Source: Xanthobacteraceae bacterium (GTDB taxonomy: Bacteria > Pseudomonadota > Alphaproteobacteria > Rhizobiales > Xanthobacteraceae). From it: 64,000 bases of DNA. Both the position numbers and the translations under genes were made by a program. How positions within the stretch are numbered: the stretch's first letter is position 1; each line of letters begins with the position of its first letter. The stretch is from NCBI GenBank assembly GCA_049584975.1, contig JBAUYV010000179.1, positions 59 to 64,058 of the forward strand, written 5' to 3'. Below, piece by piece: positions 8,379-16,798 of the stretch. Under the pieces are notes generated by a model that saw only the letters and a list, made by a program, of their open reading frames with translations, had not been told where the DNA came from and did not search any database.

Positions 8379-8849
8379 GTGCGCGCCGTATCCGTATTGA
8401 AGCTCTGCTTTCTCGCAATCGGTCTGTGTGCCGGCCTTGCCGCCGCGGCTTCGGCGCAGGATGCCGGCGAGCCGAAACAAATAGCGCCGGCGTTGCCGCC
8501 TGAGCTGCCGCAGAATCCGCTGCCCGGCGCGCTTTCGCCCGCACCCGCGCCGCAAACGGCCGCGCCGGGCCTGCCCGCAGACCTGCAAGCCTGCCTGCAG
8601 GAAACCGGCGATTACATCACGCGCGGCCGCACAATCTTCTACGTCATTGCCATCGCCAATACCTGCGACGCGCGGCTGCGCTGCGAAATCTTCGCCAACG
8701 TCGCCGGCGTGAAAGGCACCGCGCTGGGCCACACCGTCATGATTCTCGGTCCGGCCGGAAACGATGGCACCGCCAAGAAGACCTACGACATGCGGGTGAA
8801 AGCGGCCGGCGGCATCGCGCAGGTCTCGCGCGAATGCAAGGTGTTGTGA
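8379..8849 (+). CDS. Hypothetical secreted protein
   Basis: GTG start. Signal peptide with an AAASAQD cleavage-like site. A Pro/Ala-rich linker is followed by a Cys-containing domain. No family recognised. Confidence 0.5.
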   Translation: MRAVSVLKLCFLAIGLCAGLAAAASAQDAGEPKQIAPALPPELPQNPLPGALSPAPAPQTAAPGLPADLQACLQETGDYITRGRTIFYVIAIANTCDARLRCEIFANVAGVKGTALGHTVMILGPAGNDGTAKKTYDMRVKAAGGIAQVSRECKVL

Positions 8850-8884
8850 AGAACCGAATAACGTCGAAGCGACTGGCACACGTC

Positions 8885-8968
8885 GTCATTGCGAGGAGCC
8901 CGAAGGGCGACGAAGCAATCCAGAAATCGGTGTCTGCGGCTCTGGATTGGTTCACTTCTCTCGCAATT
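8885..8968. repeat. Imperfect palindromic REP-like element
   Basis: Arms CATTGCGAG/CTCGCAAT and GAAGCAATCCAG/CTGGATTGGTTC pair. It translates as the VIARSPKGDEAIQ artefact that is common in this bacterial group. Confidence 0.7.
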
Positions 8969-9049
8969 ATCGGATTAAGTACGCGATCGGGTGCGAATCT
9001 TCTCCGAGTGAATGTGGCGCCGCTGTTGCGAAGCCTGCCGCCAATTTTC

Positions 9050-9601
9050 TCAACTCCCCGATTCATCGGCACAAATACGCGCCGCATACAAATCATTTGA
9101 CTTTGCGCCTGCGCTCGACTGCGATCTTGTCATCCCGCTCATCAAAGGGGACGTCACCGGTGACGGCCGACTGACGGAGCGGGTGCGGTTCCTGCGGGCG
9201 GGCTTCGTAACCCCGCCCCCGGGCGGCTTGGGCATCGAACCTGCCGGCACTATGACCGGCGCGTGGCGCATATATTTGCGTCCGTGGACTAGCAGCGGGA
9301 TGTTTTTCGGAATAGCGATTCCTGGCCCAGAAAATGACCAAGTCAAATTTCTACGGCACGCATTTTCAGCTGCGCATATCGCTTTTTCTACCGAAAATCC
9401 CCCACAGGAAGTTCCTCCAGTTCCTATCGGAGCGGGCCTCGCATACACGCCCCCACTAAAACACGAAGCATTGATTGTAATTGGCTTGAAAAATCCTCCG
9501 CTTTGAAGGGAGGCATCTGCCGGGAAGGCTTTTTGGGCACCCGCTAGAGTTATTAGGCAAAACAGGATTATTAGGCAAAGCCACCGGCGCGCGAGGTGCA
9601 T
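9050..9601 (-). CDS. Hypothetical protein with a signal-peptide-like N-terminus (strand and reality uncertain)
   Basis: Lies in a locally low-GC islet. The N-terminus is MHLARRWLCLIILFCLITLAGAQKA. A fully antisense ORF (9012-9506 +) is equally long, and third-position GC does not discriminate between them. Confidence 0.2.
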   Translation of the reverse strand: MHLARRWLCLIILFCLITLAGAQKAFPADASLQSGGFFKPITINASCFSGGVYARPAPIGTGGTSCGGFSVEKAICAAENACRRNLTWSFSGPGIAIPKNIPLLVHGRKYMRHAPVIVPAGSMPKPPGGGVTKPARRNRTRSVSRPSPVTSPLMSGMTRSQSSAGAKSNDLYAARICADESGS

Positions 9602-9998
9602 CGCTGTGAGCGCGAATCTAAGCGGAGGTAACGCCTTCGCATCGTGTTTCGCGCGAAGCGCGGCCTGGGCTGAGCCGTGGCATTAATTTGCGCGGCAAGC
9701 ACCGCGGCGGAGCGCCGAGAGGCGAGCGCGCCCGCAGCGCAGGCAGGCAGCAACGTTTGTTTGCGTGGCGCGCCACCGCGCCCGCAGCACTTTCAGACGG
9801 TAACGCCTGACAGTGTGGCGCGGACATAACTTGACGATGCGCCTGTCGGCGCTCCGCCTCCCCTTTTATTTGGAGGCGAAACTTTCCTTTCGTGCCCCAT
9901 GGCTCGGATGCGATCGTATCGCGAGAACGAAAGCGGCTGCGTCGCCGCAGGGAGAAGATGTATGTCGAGTGGCAAGAAGAAATCGTCGGCGCCATTCG

Positions 9999-10217
9999 TC
10001 AGGCGCCGGCCTCGCCTTCCGGAGCCGGAATGCGCATTTCGTGGAAGCGGCGCTCGATCATCGCGTAGGTCTCGCGCACCAGAATGTGCGTCGCGACTTC
10101 ATTCTCCGTGCGCCCGAGCTTTCCCAGGCTCGCCAGCAGCGCCAGATAGTTGAAGGTCTCGATCGGCAGGGTCAGGCTCAACGCCCGCGCCTCCGAGCGA
10201 TTTTCCGGTCGTGCCAT
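9999..10217 (-). CDS. Small hypothetical protein, divergent from gcrA
   Basis: 72-aa ORF with gene-like composition and a helical core LTLPIETFNYLALLASLGKLGRTENEVATHILVRE. No family recognised. Confidence 0.45.
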   Translation of the reverse strand: MARPENRSEARALSLTLPIETFNYLALLASLGKLGRTENEVATHILVRETYAMIERRFHEMRIPAPEGEAGA

Positions 10218-10236
10218 GGCCGCCAGCGCCTCAGGG

Positions 10237-10265
10237 TTAAAATCTGGTTATAACGGAATTTTAAC
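10237..10265 (+). promoter_or_regulatory. Two overlapping near-consensus CtrA-type half-site pairs in the gcrA upstream region
   Basis: TTAA-AATCTGG-TTAT (10237-10251) and ATAA-CGGAATT-TTAAC (10250-10265), against the consensus TTAA-N7-TTAAC. A GANTC site (GAATC) lies at 10282-10286. Confidence 0.25.
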
Positions 10266-10496
10266 CTGTTGTATACTACTCGAATCATGTACGCTGTGAT
10301 GCGGCGAGGGTATTCGCTCAACAGACTTAATGCCGCCCGGTAAGTGGGCTTAAGGCTAAAAACGACGTTATCGCAATGGCCTAGGGCCTATGCGGCGCGG
10401 CGAATGCGGAGCCTTGCGCGCCGGTGGGCGCCTGTTGGGCAGCCCTCGCCCTGTGAGCGGCCCAGCACCGGCCGCCGGGACTAGAGGGAGCAGTTT

Positions 10497-10964
10497 ATGA
10501 CCATCGAAACCTGGACTCCGGAGCGCATCGAGCAGCTCCGCAACTTTGCCACCAATGGCCTATCGAGCAGTCAGATCGCCGCTGAGATCGGCGTCACCCG
10601 CAATGCCGTCATCGGCAAGCTTCACCGCCTCGGCCTTTCGCGAGGGCGGCCCGCGGGCGGACCGGCGGGGACATGCCCTCCACGCGCCCGCCGCCAGCGG
10701 CAATCACCACAGCGCGAATTTCTCCGGCTGATGTTCGCGCAAACGCCGTCGATCGCCAGCGGCGCGGGCACACAGTTCGCACCGGTGGAAAGCGCACGGC
10801 CGTGCTCGCTGTTCGAACTCGCGCACCGCACGTGCCGCTGGCCGGTGGACGGCGCGGATGCTGCTGACTTTGCCTTCTGCGGCAATGAATCGATCGCCGG
10901 CTTCCCCTACTGCGCGGGCCACGCCCGCATGGCTTACCGGATTCCGGCTCGCCAGCGCGCTTAG
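10497..10964 (+). CDS. gcrA: Cell-cycle transcriptional regulator GcrA
   Basis: N-terminus WTPERIEQLRNFATNGLSSSQIAAEIGVTRNAVIGKLHRLGL and C-terminus CRWPV...FCG...YCAGHARMAYR are diagnostic of GcrA. Confidence 0.95.
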   Translation: MTIETWTPERIEQLRNFATNGLSSSQIAAEIGVTRNAVIGKLHRLGLSRGRPAGGPAGTCPPRARRQRQSPQREFLRLMFAQTPSIASGAGTQFAPVESARPCSLFELAHRTCRWPVDGADAADFAFCGNESIAGFPYCAGHARMAYRIPARQRA

Positions 10965-11063
10965 CCACAGCGGCTGCCTGAATTTGGCGGTGGCAGCGGA
11001 AGCGATGAATGGCTTCCGCGAATCTTCTCAGCTAATCTCGCGCGCTCTCAGGGAGGCAATGGA

Positions 11064-11510
11064 ATGCAAACTTGTCTGCGCGCGGGGGCCTTGGTTGCGG
11101 CAGCAATCATGGTCATAATCACCGCTGCCACCTTCACACCAGCCGCCGCTCAACCTGTGACGACCACACCATCCGGACTGAAGATCATCGACATCAAGGT
11201 CGGCACGGGCCCCATGCCGCGGCCGGGCCAGACCTGCGTGATGCACTACACCGGCTGGCTTTACGAAAACGGCGTCAAAGGCAAGAAATTCGACAGCTCG
11301 CTCGACCGTAACGAGCCGTTCGAGTTCAAGATCGGCGCCCATCAAGTCATCGCCGGCTGGGACGAAGGCGTCGCCACCATGAAAGTCGGCGGCAAGCGCA
11401 CGCTCATTATCCCGCCCGACCTCGGCTACGGCGCCCGCGGCGCCGGCGGCGTCATTCCGCCGAACGCCACCCTCATCTTCGACGTCGAATTGCTCGCCGT
11501 CAAAAATTAG
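11064..11510 (+). CDS. FKBP-type peptidyl-prolyl cis-trans isomerase, secreted
   Basis: Signal peptide, then VHYTGWL..G..FDSS..R..PFEF.IG...VI.GWDEGV..MKVGGKR.L.IPP.LGYG. Confidence 0.9.
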   Translation: MQTCLRAGALVAAAIMVIITAATFTPAAAQPVTTTPSGLKIIDIKVGTGPMPRPGQTCVMHYTGWLYENGVKGKKFDSSLDRNEPFEFKIGAHQVIAGWDEGVATMKVGGKRTLIIPPDLGYGARGAGGVIPPNATLIFDVELLAVKN

Positions 11511-11662
11511 CGGCGGCGTCGTTCCTGCAAGCAAGCATCCGACCGGAAATTTAGTGTCACGCCGCTGACAAAATCGGCGGAGCCTCTACAATGCGCGTTG
11601 GGGCGGCGTAATAAATCGGTCTTCAATCGGGGACCGCGAGAAACGACAAGGGGTGGAAAGAC

Positions 11663-12226
11663 ATGGTCAAAAGCTTCGCCTCGGCCATTTTGGGCGCCGC
11701 GGCCGTTTTAGCCATCATTGCCGGTCCGGCGCCGGCCGCGGACGACATCGAGGCACGCGCGGGGGTTTGCGCCGCATGCCACGGCCAGAACGGGGTGCCG
11801 GCCACTTCGGCGACGCCGGTCATCTGGGGCCAACAGGCCAATTATCTCTATAAGGAGTTGCACGACTACCACAGCGGCGATCGCGGCAACCCGATCATGT
11901 CACCGATCGTCAAGACGTTCAGCCTGGAAGATCTGCGCAAGGTCGCGAATTATTTCGCGGGCAAGACCTGGCCGGCGCATGAGGGTGGCCCGGCCGCCGG
12001 ATCGCCGCCGGAGAAAATCACCATGTGCCGCGCCTGTCATGGCCAGAATTTCGAAGGCGGCGCGCCGGCGCCACGGCTTGCGGGCCTGAGCTACGAATAC
12101 CTGGCCGCGGCCACGCATAACTTCGCCGATGGGCACCGGACCAACAATCTCGACATGCCGGGATTCATGAAGGCGCTGACCGCCAAGGAGCGCGATGCCA
12201 TGGCGCGTTACCTCTCCGGGCTGTGA
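11663..12226 (+). CDS. Dihaem c-type cytochrome (cytochrome c4/c553-like), periplasmic
   Basis: Signal peptide and two CxxCH haem-binding motifs (CAACHG, CRACHG). Confidence 0.85.
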   Translation: MVKSFASAILGAAAVLAIIAGPAPAADDIEARAGVCAACHGQNGVPATSATPVIWGQQANYLYKELHDYHSGDRGNPIMSPIVKTFSLEDLRKVANYFAGKTWPAHEGGPAAGSPPEKITMCRACHGQNFEGGAPAPRLAGLSYEYLAAATHNFADGHRTNNLDMPGFMKALTAKERDAMARYLSGL

Positions 12227-12411
12227 TCCGTCGTGCTATGATGCGTGCCGAGGGGCCGGCCGTGAATCGCACCAACATCCTCTATCTCATTATCGGCGTT
12301 CTCATCGTCGGCGTCGCCGTGCTCGGCTATGAACTCTATCAGGAACGCCATCCACCCGAGGGCGTGCATATCGACGTCGGCCCCAACGGGCTGACCATCG
12401 AAAAGAAATGA
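12223..12411 (+). CDS. Small single-pass membrane protein
   Basis: The start overlaps the cytochrome stop (GTGA); an alternative ATG lies at 12238. One clear TM helix, ILYLIIGVLIVGVAVLGY. Confidence 0.4.
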   Translation: MIRRAMMRAEGPAVNRTNILYLIIGVLIVGVAVLGYELYQERHPPEGVHIDVGPNGLTIEKK

Positions 12412-12588
12412 AATAGCCCGCGGCAAGCGCCGTGGAACCTGTGCGACATCGGCGCGCACGGAACGTGCGCCGCATAGCAGAAAATTGGTCGGCAACCGGC
12501 ATTTACGGAGCCCGGAGGCGGCGATAGCATGCAAGGCAGCGCCCATACGTACAAAGGCGCTTACTCAAACACGATCTGGGAGGATTTC

Positions 12589-13083
12589 ATGGCACTATAC
12601 GTACGCAGGCAAATTGCGTCACTTCGCGCACGCGCGTCCATAGCCATTGCGTTTGCGGCCGGTGCGGCCATCTTCGCCAACGCCGCATTGGCGCTTGGCA
12701 CGGCCGGGGACGCCAAGGCCATGCTCGACAAGACCGTTACCGCTCTCAAAGCCAACAAGGACAAGACCCTCGACGAGATCAACAAAGGCGAGAACGGCTT
12801 CCTGCAAGGCGATATTTATCCGTTCTGCTTCAATCTCAGCGACGGCATTCTGGTCGCCGTCGCCAATCCCAATGCGAAGGGGAATTTGGGCAAAGACATC
12901 AGGTTGAACAAGGACGCCACAGGCGACGCCTTTGGCGAGAGACTCTATGCCGCGGCAAAAGCGGGCAGTGGTGAAGTCAGCTACAAATTCCCCAAGGCCG
13001 GCACCGATAAGACACCGGTGCCGAAAGTGAGCTTCGTCGCCTCGGCCGCCGGCCTTGGCTGCGGCGTCGGCTACTACAAATAA
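12589..13083 (+). CDS. Standalone periplasmic single-Cache (sCache_2-like) domain protein
   Basis: Strong SD (GGGAGG) before ATG 12589. Signal/anchor segment, then the pattern A..L.KTV.ALKANKDKTLDEIN......GDIY.F......G..VA..N....G.....KDA.G and a terminal C..GYYK. Confidence 0.7.
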   Translation: MALYVRRQIASLRARASIAIAFAAGAAIFANAALALGTAGDAKAMLDKTVTALKANKDKTLDEINKGENGFLQGDIYPFCFNLSDGILVAVANPNAKGNLGKDIRLNKDATGDAFGERLYAAAKAGSGEVSYKFPKAGTDKTPVPKVSFVASAAGLGCGVGYYK

Positions 13084-13150
13084 ACGCGACGTAGATCGCT
13101 GAACGAACGCGCCCCGGATTTCGCAATCTGGGGCGCATGGTTATTTCGGA

Positions 13151-13876
13151 TTAGGGGACCTGATCCGGCCGCCGCCAAACGGCGGCGACGGGTTTGTTGA
13201 GCGCGCGACTCTGGCTCGGCAGGATGACCAAAGGCGGCGCGAGTCGTCCGGTCCGCGCGGACGCATTGACCGCGACAGCCGGTCCTTCGGCACGCCCGTC
13301 GTTTTCCGTCGATCGAAACAACGGCGAAGTTTGCGTGGGCGAGGAGAAAAGCGCCGCCTCATTGCTGGTTACAATGGGCGCCAAGCGATCGTAGAGATCC
13401 GTAGCCTTAAGTTCGTCTGCCCGAAGTTCTTCTGCCGCAAGTTCGTCGGCGCGCCATGTAGACGCTTGTTGCGCAGGCGCTTGCACAGCCGTACGGACCG
13501 GCGGCGGTGGCGCTTGCGACGGGGATTGCGGCAGCACACCAGATGCGGAAGAAGCGGCGGGATTTGCCACGGCGCCCGTCCCGAGTGCAGCCGCGTCCGG
13601 CGCAGAAGGCGGCTTCTCCGCCTGCCGGGGCAGCGCGGACACCGTCTGCGAGGCCTGCGTCGCTTCGCTTGACGCAATCGCCTTCGAGCGAAGCTGCGGT
13701 TCCGAGGTGATCGGGAGACTTCCTGTGACAGCGATAACGGCGATTCCACCGGCTATCACGCCAACCGTTCCGGCCATCGCCACAATTACCGCCGCACGAA
13801 ACCGACGTCGGAACCGGCTAGTCCAAGTTTGATCGGGCCAAGCGGAATGGGGCCAGCTATAAGCGGGATAGAACAT
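13151..13876 (-). CDS. Ala/Pro/Ser-rich membrane-anchored hypothetical protein
   Basis: One TM helix (AAVIVAMAGTVGVIAGGIAVIAV) followed by low-complexity sequence. The ORF extends to a TTG at 13948, but ATG 13876 is more plausible. Confidence 0.45.
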   Translation of the reverse strand: MFYPAYSWPHSAWPDQTWTSRFRRRFRAAVIVAMAGTVGVIAGGIAVIAVTGSLPITSEPQLRSKAIASSEATQASQTVSALPRQAEKPPSAPDAAALGTGAVANPAASSASGVLPQSPSQAPPPPVRTAVQAPAQQASTWRADELAAEELRADELKATDLYDRLAPIVTSNEAALFSSPTQTSPLFRSTENDGRAEGPAVAVNASARTGRLAPPLVILPSQSRALNKPVAAVWRRPDQVP

Positions 13877-14116
13877 GGGCGGCACGCGGGTTTTCCCGAC
13901 ATCCCCCACCCAAATCCCCACGTAAGTAAACGCACGAAGTCCTTTCAAAGTTCCTTATTCCTTGGACCTATGGATTCGGCGGCCCGTGGCGGCCCGGCAA
14001 AATATTTGCGGGATGGAAGCGCTTGTCGCGCCGCCATCCCGCAGCAAATACTCCGATAGCGCGATGCTTAAACTTTTACGGAACCTCGCTACCCTGCGAT
14101 CAGTATCGCGTCCGCC

Positions 14117-14299
14117 GAAATGATAGTCCAGACCGGCGCGCACGATGTTATGCGTCACGTACGCGCTCAATGTCACTGGAGTGAATGCGCCCACGCCGGT
14201 GAACGTGTTGCTGAAGCTACCAAGGTCGACATAGAGATGACGCGAAAAACACGAGCGCACTAAATCGATTGCGCCACTACGAATGTGCCGCTGCGCCAC
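14117..14299 (-). pseudogene. 3-prime remnant of an outer-membrane beta-barrel (porin-family) gene
   Basis: LYVDLGSFSNTFTG....VTHNIVRAGLDYHFGG matches the conserved C-terminal strands of OMP beta-barrel proteins (..YLYVDLG.....RAGLNY.F). No N-terminal barrel or signal peptide lies upstream, and reading continues about 50 codons past the usual end. Confidence 0.4.
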
Positions 14300-14328
14300 G
14301 CAGCATCATCGCGCCAAAGCGAATGGAA

Positions 14329-14661
14329 CTATTCCTCAGGCTCGGTGGTGAAAAAAAGCGGATAGCCTTTGCTCTTGCCCAGCTCGGTGGCCTCCTTGGC
14401 CTTTGTCTCCGCGACGTCGCGCGTATACACCGCGATCACGCAGACGCCCTTGACGTGCGCCGTCATCATCACACGATAGGCTTGGTCGGCGTTCATGCGG
14501 AACACGGCCTTGAGCACCTGGACGACGAATTCGCGCGGCGTGTAATCGTCGTTGAGCAGGATCACCTTGTACAGCGGTGGCCGCTGCGTGTTCGTCTTCA
14601 CCTTGGTGCGCGGCTTGACGATAGTCTTGGTCATTGCAAATGCCTGCTGCATCGCAAACAA
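14329..14661 (-). CDS. clpS: ATP-dependent Clp protease adaptor ClpS (no adjacent clpA)
   Basis: PPLYKVILLNDDYTPREFVVQVL..VF......A..VM...H..G...VAVYT.DVAETK is diagnostic. The likely start is M10 (14634). Confidence 0.9.
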   Translation of the reverse strand: MFAMQQAFAMTKTIVKPRTKVKTNTQRPPLYKVILLNDDYTPREFVVQVLKAVFRMNADQAYRVMMTAHVKGVCVIAVYTRDVAETKAKEATELGKSKGYPLFFTTEPEE

Positions 14662-14812
14662 CGAAAGAGCTACTATAATCCATTACGCCACGTTGGCACA
14701 GCGCACCGCGACAGTGCTTGCAAGCGCATCCTCCGCAACCTCACTCGGGGTCTGGCGCCCACACCCAGTCTTATGCGATGAATATCGCGCATAAATCATT
14801 GTGGGTGGCGTC

Positions 14813-15097
14813 ATGCACATTCTCTGGATCATCATCATCGGTTTCGTGGCCGGAATCATCGCGCGCCTCTTGGCCCCGGGACCGAACAATCCGGCGGGCT
14901 TCATTCTCACCACGCTTCTCGGCATCGCTGGCGCGTTCGTCGCCACGTGGATCGGGCAAGCGATCGGCTGGTACCGGCCGGATCAGGGCGCGGGCCTCAT
15001 CGCATCAGTGGTCGGCGCGCTGGTCGTGCTGTTCGTGTGGCACCGCTTGGTGACCACGCACGCTATTTCCGATCCCGGCCAACGCCGCTGGCTCTAG
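14813..15097 (+). CDS. GlsB/YeaQ/YmgE family stress-response membrane protein
   Basis: ILWIIIIGFVAGIIARLL.PG......ILTTLLGIAGAFVATWIGQ is typical of the transglycosylase-associated protein family. Confidence 0.85.
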   Translation: MHILWIIIIGFVAGIIARLLAPGPNNPAGFILTTLLGIAGAFVATWIGQAIGWYRPDQGAGLIASVVGALVVLFVWHRLVTTHAISDPGQRRWL

Positions 15098-15134
15098 GAC
15101 GGCGTCGTCGAACAGGCCATTGAGCGGCTCGGCA

Positions 15135-15449
15135 TTATCGCGCTGAGCGGCTCTGCACGGAGCGCCGGGGCGCCCGCCGTTCGACCACGACGGCGCGCGG
15201 CACGCTGAGTTGACCGGGCCGCGCGGAACGGGTGGCGACCGTAATGTGATTGACGTCCTTGCGTTGCCCCAAGCGCAACACGGCGCCCCTCGCCTCTTCG
15301 GCGGGGATCTGCATCAGCGACGCAACGATCTCGACCTGCTCGCTCGGCTCATCGGTCAGCCCCTGCGCCGCCATTACAGCGTCCTCCACAGTCGGCGGGT
15401 CACGCCGTACGCGGCGCCGGCCGTCCTTTGTCTCCCAGACTTCGCTCAC
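15135..15449 (-). CDS. Hypothetical protein
   Basis: The ORF runs to 15533, but GTG 15449 is preceded by an AGAGG SD. No family recognised. The IS element lies about 90 bp upstream of this start. Confidence 0.35.
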   Translation of the reverse strand: MSEVWETKDGRRRVRRDPPTVEDAVMAAQGLTDEPSEQVEIVASLMQIPAEEARGAVLRLGQRKDVNHITVATRSARPGQLSVPRAVVVERRAPRRSVQSRSAR

Positions 15450-15540
15450 CTGAGGCCTCTTTCGATGTCGCCTTGCTGTTGAGTAGATTATCGGGCTTTT
15501 GCCGCAGCGCAGCAAGAATATTGTGCAGTGCACTCACAAC

Positions 15541-15548
15541 AATTTTAC
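15541..15548. repeat. Target-site duplication (left) of the IS1595-family element
   Basis: AATTTTAC, identical to 18233-18240. Identity extends to CAATTTTACG, so the junction is ambiguous by 1-2 nt. Confidence 0.8.
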
Positions 15549-15823
15549 GGGATTATCCCCTTAAGGCAGGTAAGGAAGATTTAACGAAAACGCGTCTTTA
15601 GTTTTTAATATCAATAGCTTAACTTGATTGTGCGCCGCACAAACGGCGAAACTACAAAGACGCCTCGCCTATTGACTACAACGGAAATTGTCCCCTAGAT
15701 GTGGACAGATTCCGGAGCCTATCTAGGAACTCGAAGTCCGACACCGAAACGTGGTGCGGGAGCCGTGGTAGGCCTCCCTTCTACGCTCGGTGCCGGACTT
15801 CGGTCAAGGGATTTTGACCGGAT

Positions 15824-16561
15824 ATGTCTGATGTCCCGAACGAATTGCATGCCTTCCTGCCCCGTCGGCAGGACGAGCTTGTGCACCTTATCTCCCAACT
15901 GCGCGAACGGCTTTCGCCAAAGGCAAAGGAACTCGCTGAGGTATGCGAGCTAATGGGCGAACACGGGCTGCAGCCCTTCACCGACCAGCAAGTAAATCAG
16001 CAGCCATCCAAGGAACTAGCGCTCGATGAGTTCCTGCGCCGACGACATTGGCACCTGTCCCGGGAAGCAAAAGCCATCATGGCCGCCCTCGCGCCCAAAG
16101 AAAAGGAATTGGAGAAGGTCCAAGCGGCGATGCAAAAATATGGCATTGCTGGCGCAATGGTGCGACTGGATGCCCTTCCAGAGGGCGGAGTAACCGTCGA
16201 ACTTGAAGCACCAACGATCAAACAACTAATCGTAGATGCGTTGCGCGATCACTTCCGCAACGGGGCAACAGGCGCCGAATTGAGGGACTACTTCCTTGCC
16301 GTACACGGGCGCGACATTGATCGCACCAGCATTTCCCCGCAACTGACGCGCCTGCGCGAAGAGGGCATTGTTGAGCAGATGACCGGGGCCGATGAGGGTA
16401 AATGGAAGCTTGGGTTTTTGCGCGGCGTGAGTGCAGAGGACCTTGTCACCATCGGACATTGGCCTCCTGGCGCTGAACATGCGCCGCGAACAGACGATAC
16501 AGCACAGCCCAGCGGACAGCCGCTGATAGGGCCGCTGATTAAGAGGCGAAAGGTGACCTGA
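15824..16561 (+). CDS. IS cargo ORF1: hypothetical protein with an internally duplicated helical N-terminal region and a C-terminal winged-helix-like domain
   Basis: The two N-terminal units FLPRRQDELVHLISQLRERLSPKAKELAEVCELMGEHGL and FLRRRHWHLSREAKAIMAALAPKEKELEKVQAAMQKYGI align with each other. The C-terminal segment GATGAELRDYFLAVHGRDIDRTSISPQLTRLREEGIVEQ...GKWKL looks like a wHTH. Confidence 0.55.
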   Translation: MSDVPNELHAFLPRRQDELVHLISQLRERLSPKAKELAEVCELMGEHGLQPFTDQQVNQQPSKELALDEFLRRRHWHLSREAKAIMAALAPKEKELEKVQAAMQKYGIAGAMVRLDALPEGGVTVELEAPTIKQLIVDALRDHFRNGATGAELRDYFLAVHGRDIDRTSISPQLTRLREEGIVEQMTGADEGKWKLGFLRGVSAEDLVTIGHWPPGAEHAPRTDDTAQPSGQPLIGPLIKRRKVT

Positions 16562-16798
16562 GCAGCGATTTTTCAATCCCGGCTGCATCGGGCCGCGACA
16601 TCCGATGCAGTCGGCAGACCGGGCGAGCCGGTCAGGTGGTCTGTAGCAGGGCCGCCCAACTAGGGCCGGAGCAGTCGCGGAAGGCTCCGGTTTCTAAGCA
16701 GGCCCGAAAGCCGGGCCAGGAGGTGGTGCATGGCATTAGAGCACTAACGCCATGAACAGGCGGCCCGTGTCGTTGCGAGCGGCACGGGCCGTTTTCTT
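16562..16798 (+). ncRNA. Candidate structured RNA or long structured 3-prime UTR inside the IS cargo
   Basis: No credible ORF. There are at least six separate 6-9 bp helices, and the segment ends in an intrinsic terminator. No known RNA family recognised. Confidence 0.3.
16761..16798 (+). terminator. Rho-independent terminator
   Basis: CGGCCCGTG-(13 nt)-CACGGGCCG followed by TTTTCTT. Confidence 0.75.

Noticed and set aside
9618-9995. ORFs 9618-9995 (minus) and 9813-10253 (plus) in the gap before gcrA
   Set aside because: They overlap each other and the better-supported small gene at 9999-10217. Their translations are Arg/Ala/Ser-rich with no motifs and no SD.
14801-14812. GTG 14801 as the start of the GlsB/YeaQ/YmgE gene
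   Set aside because: Family members begin close to the first TM helix. ATG 14813 gives the typical MHILWIIIIG N-terminus.
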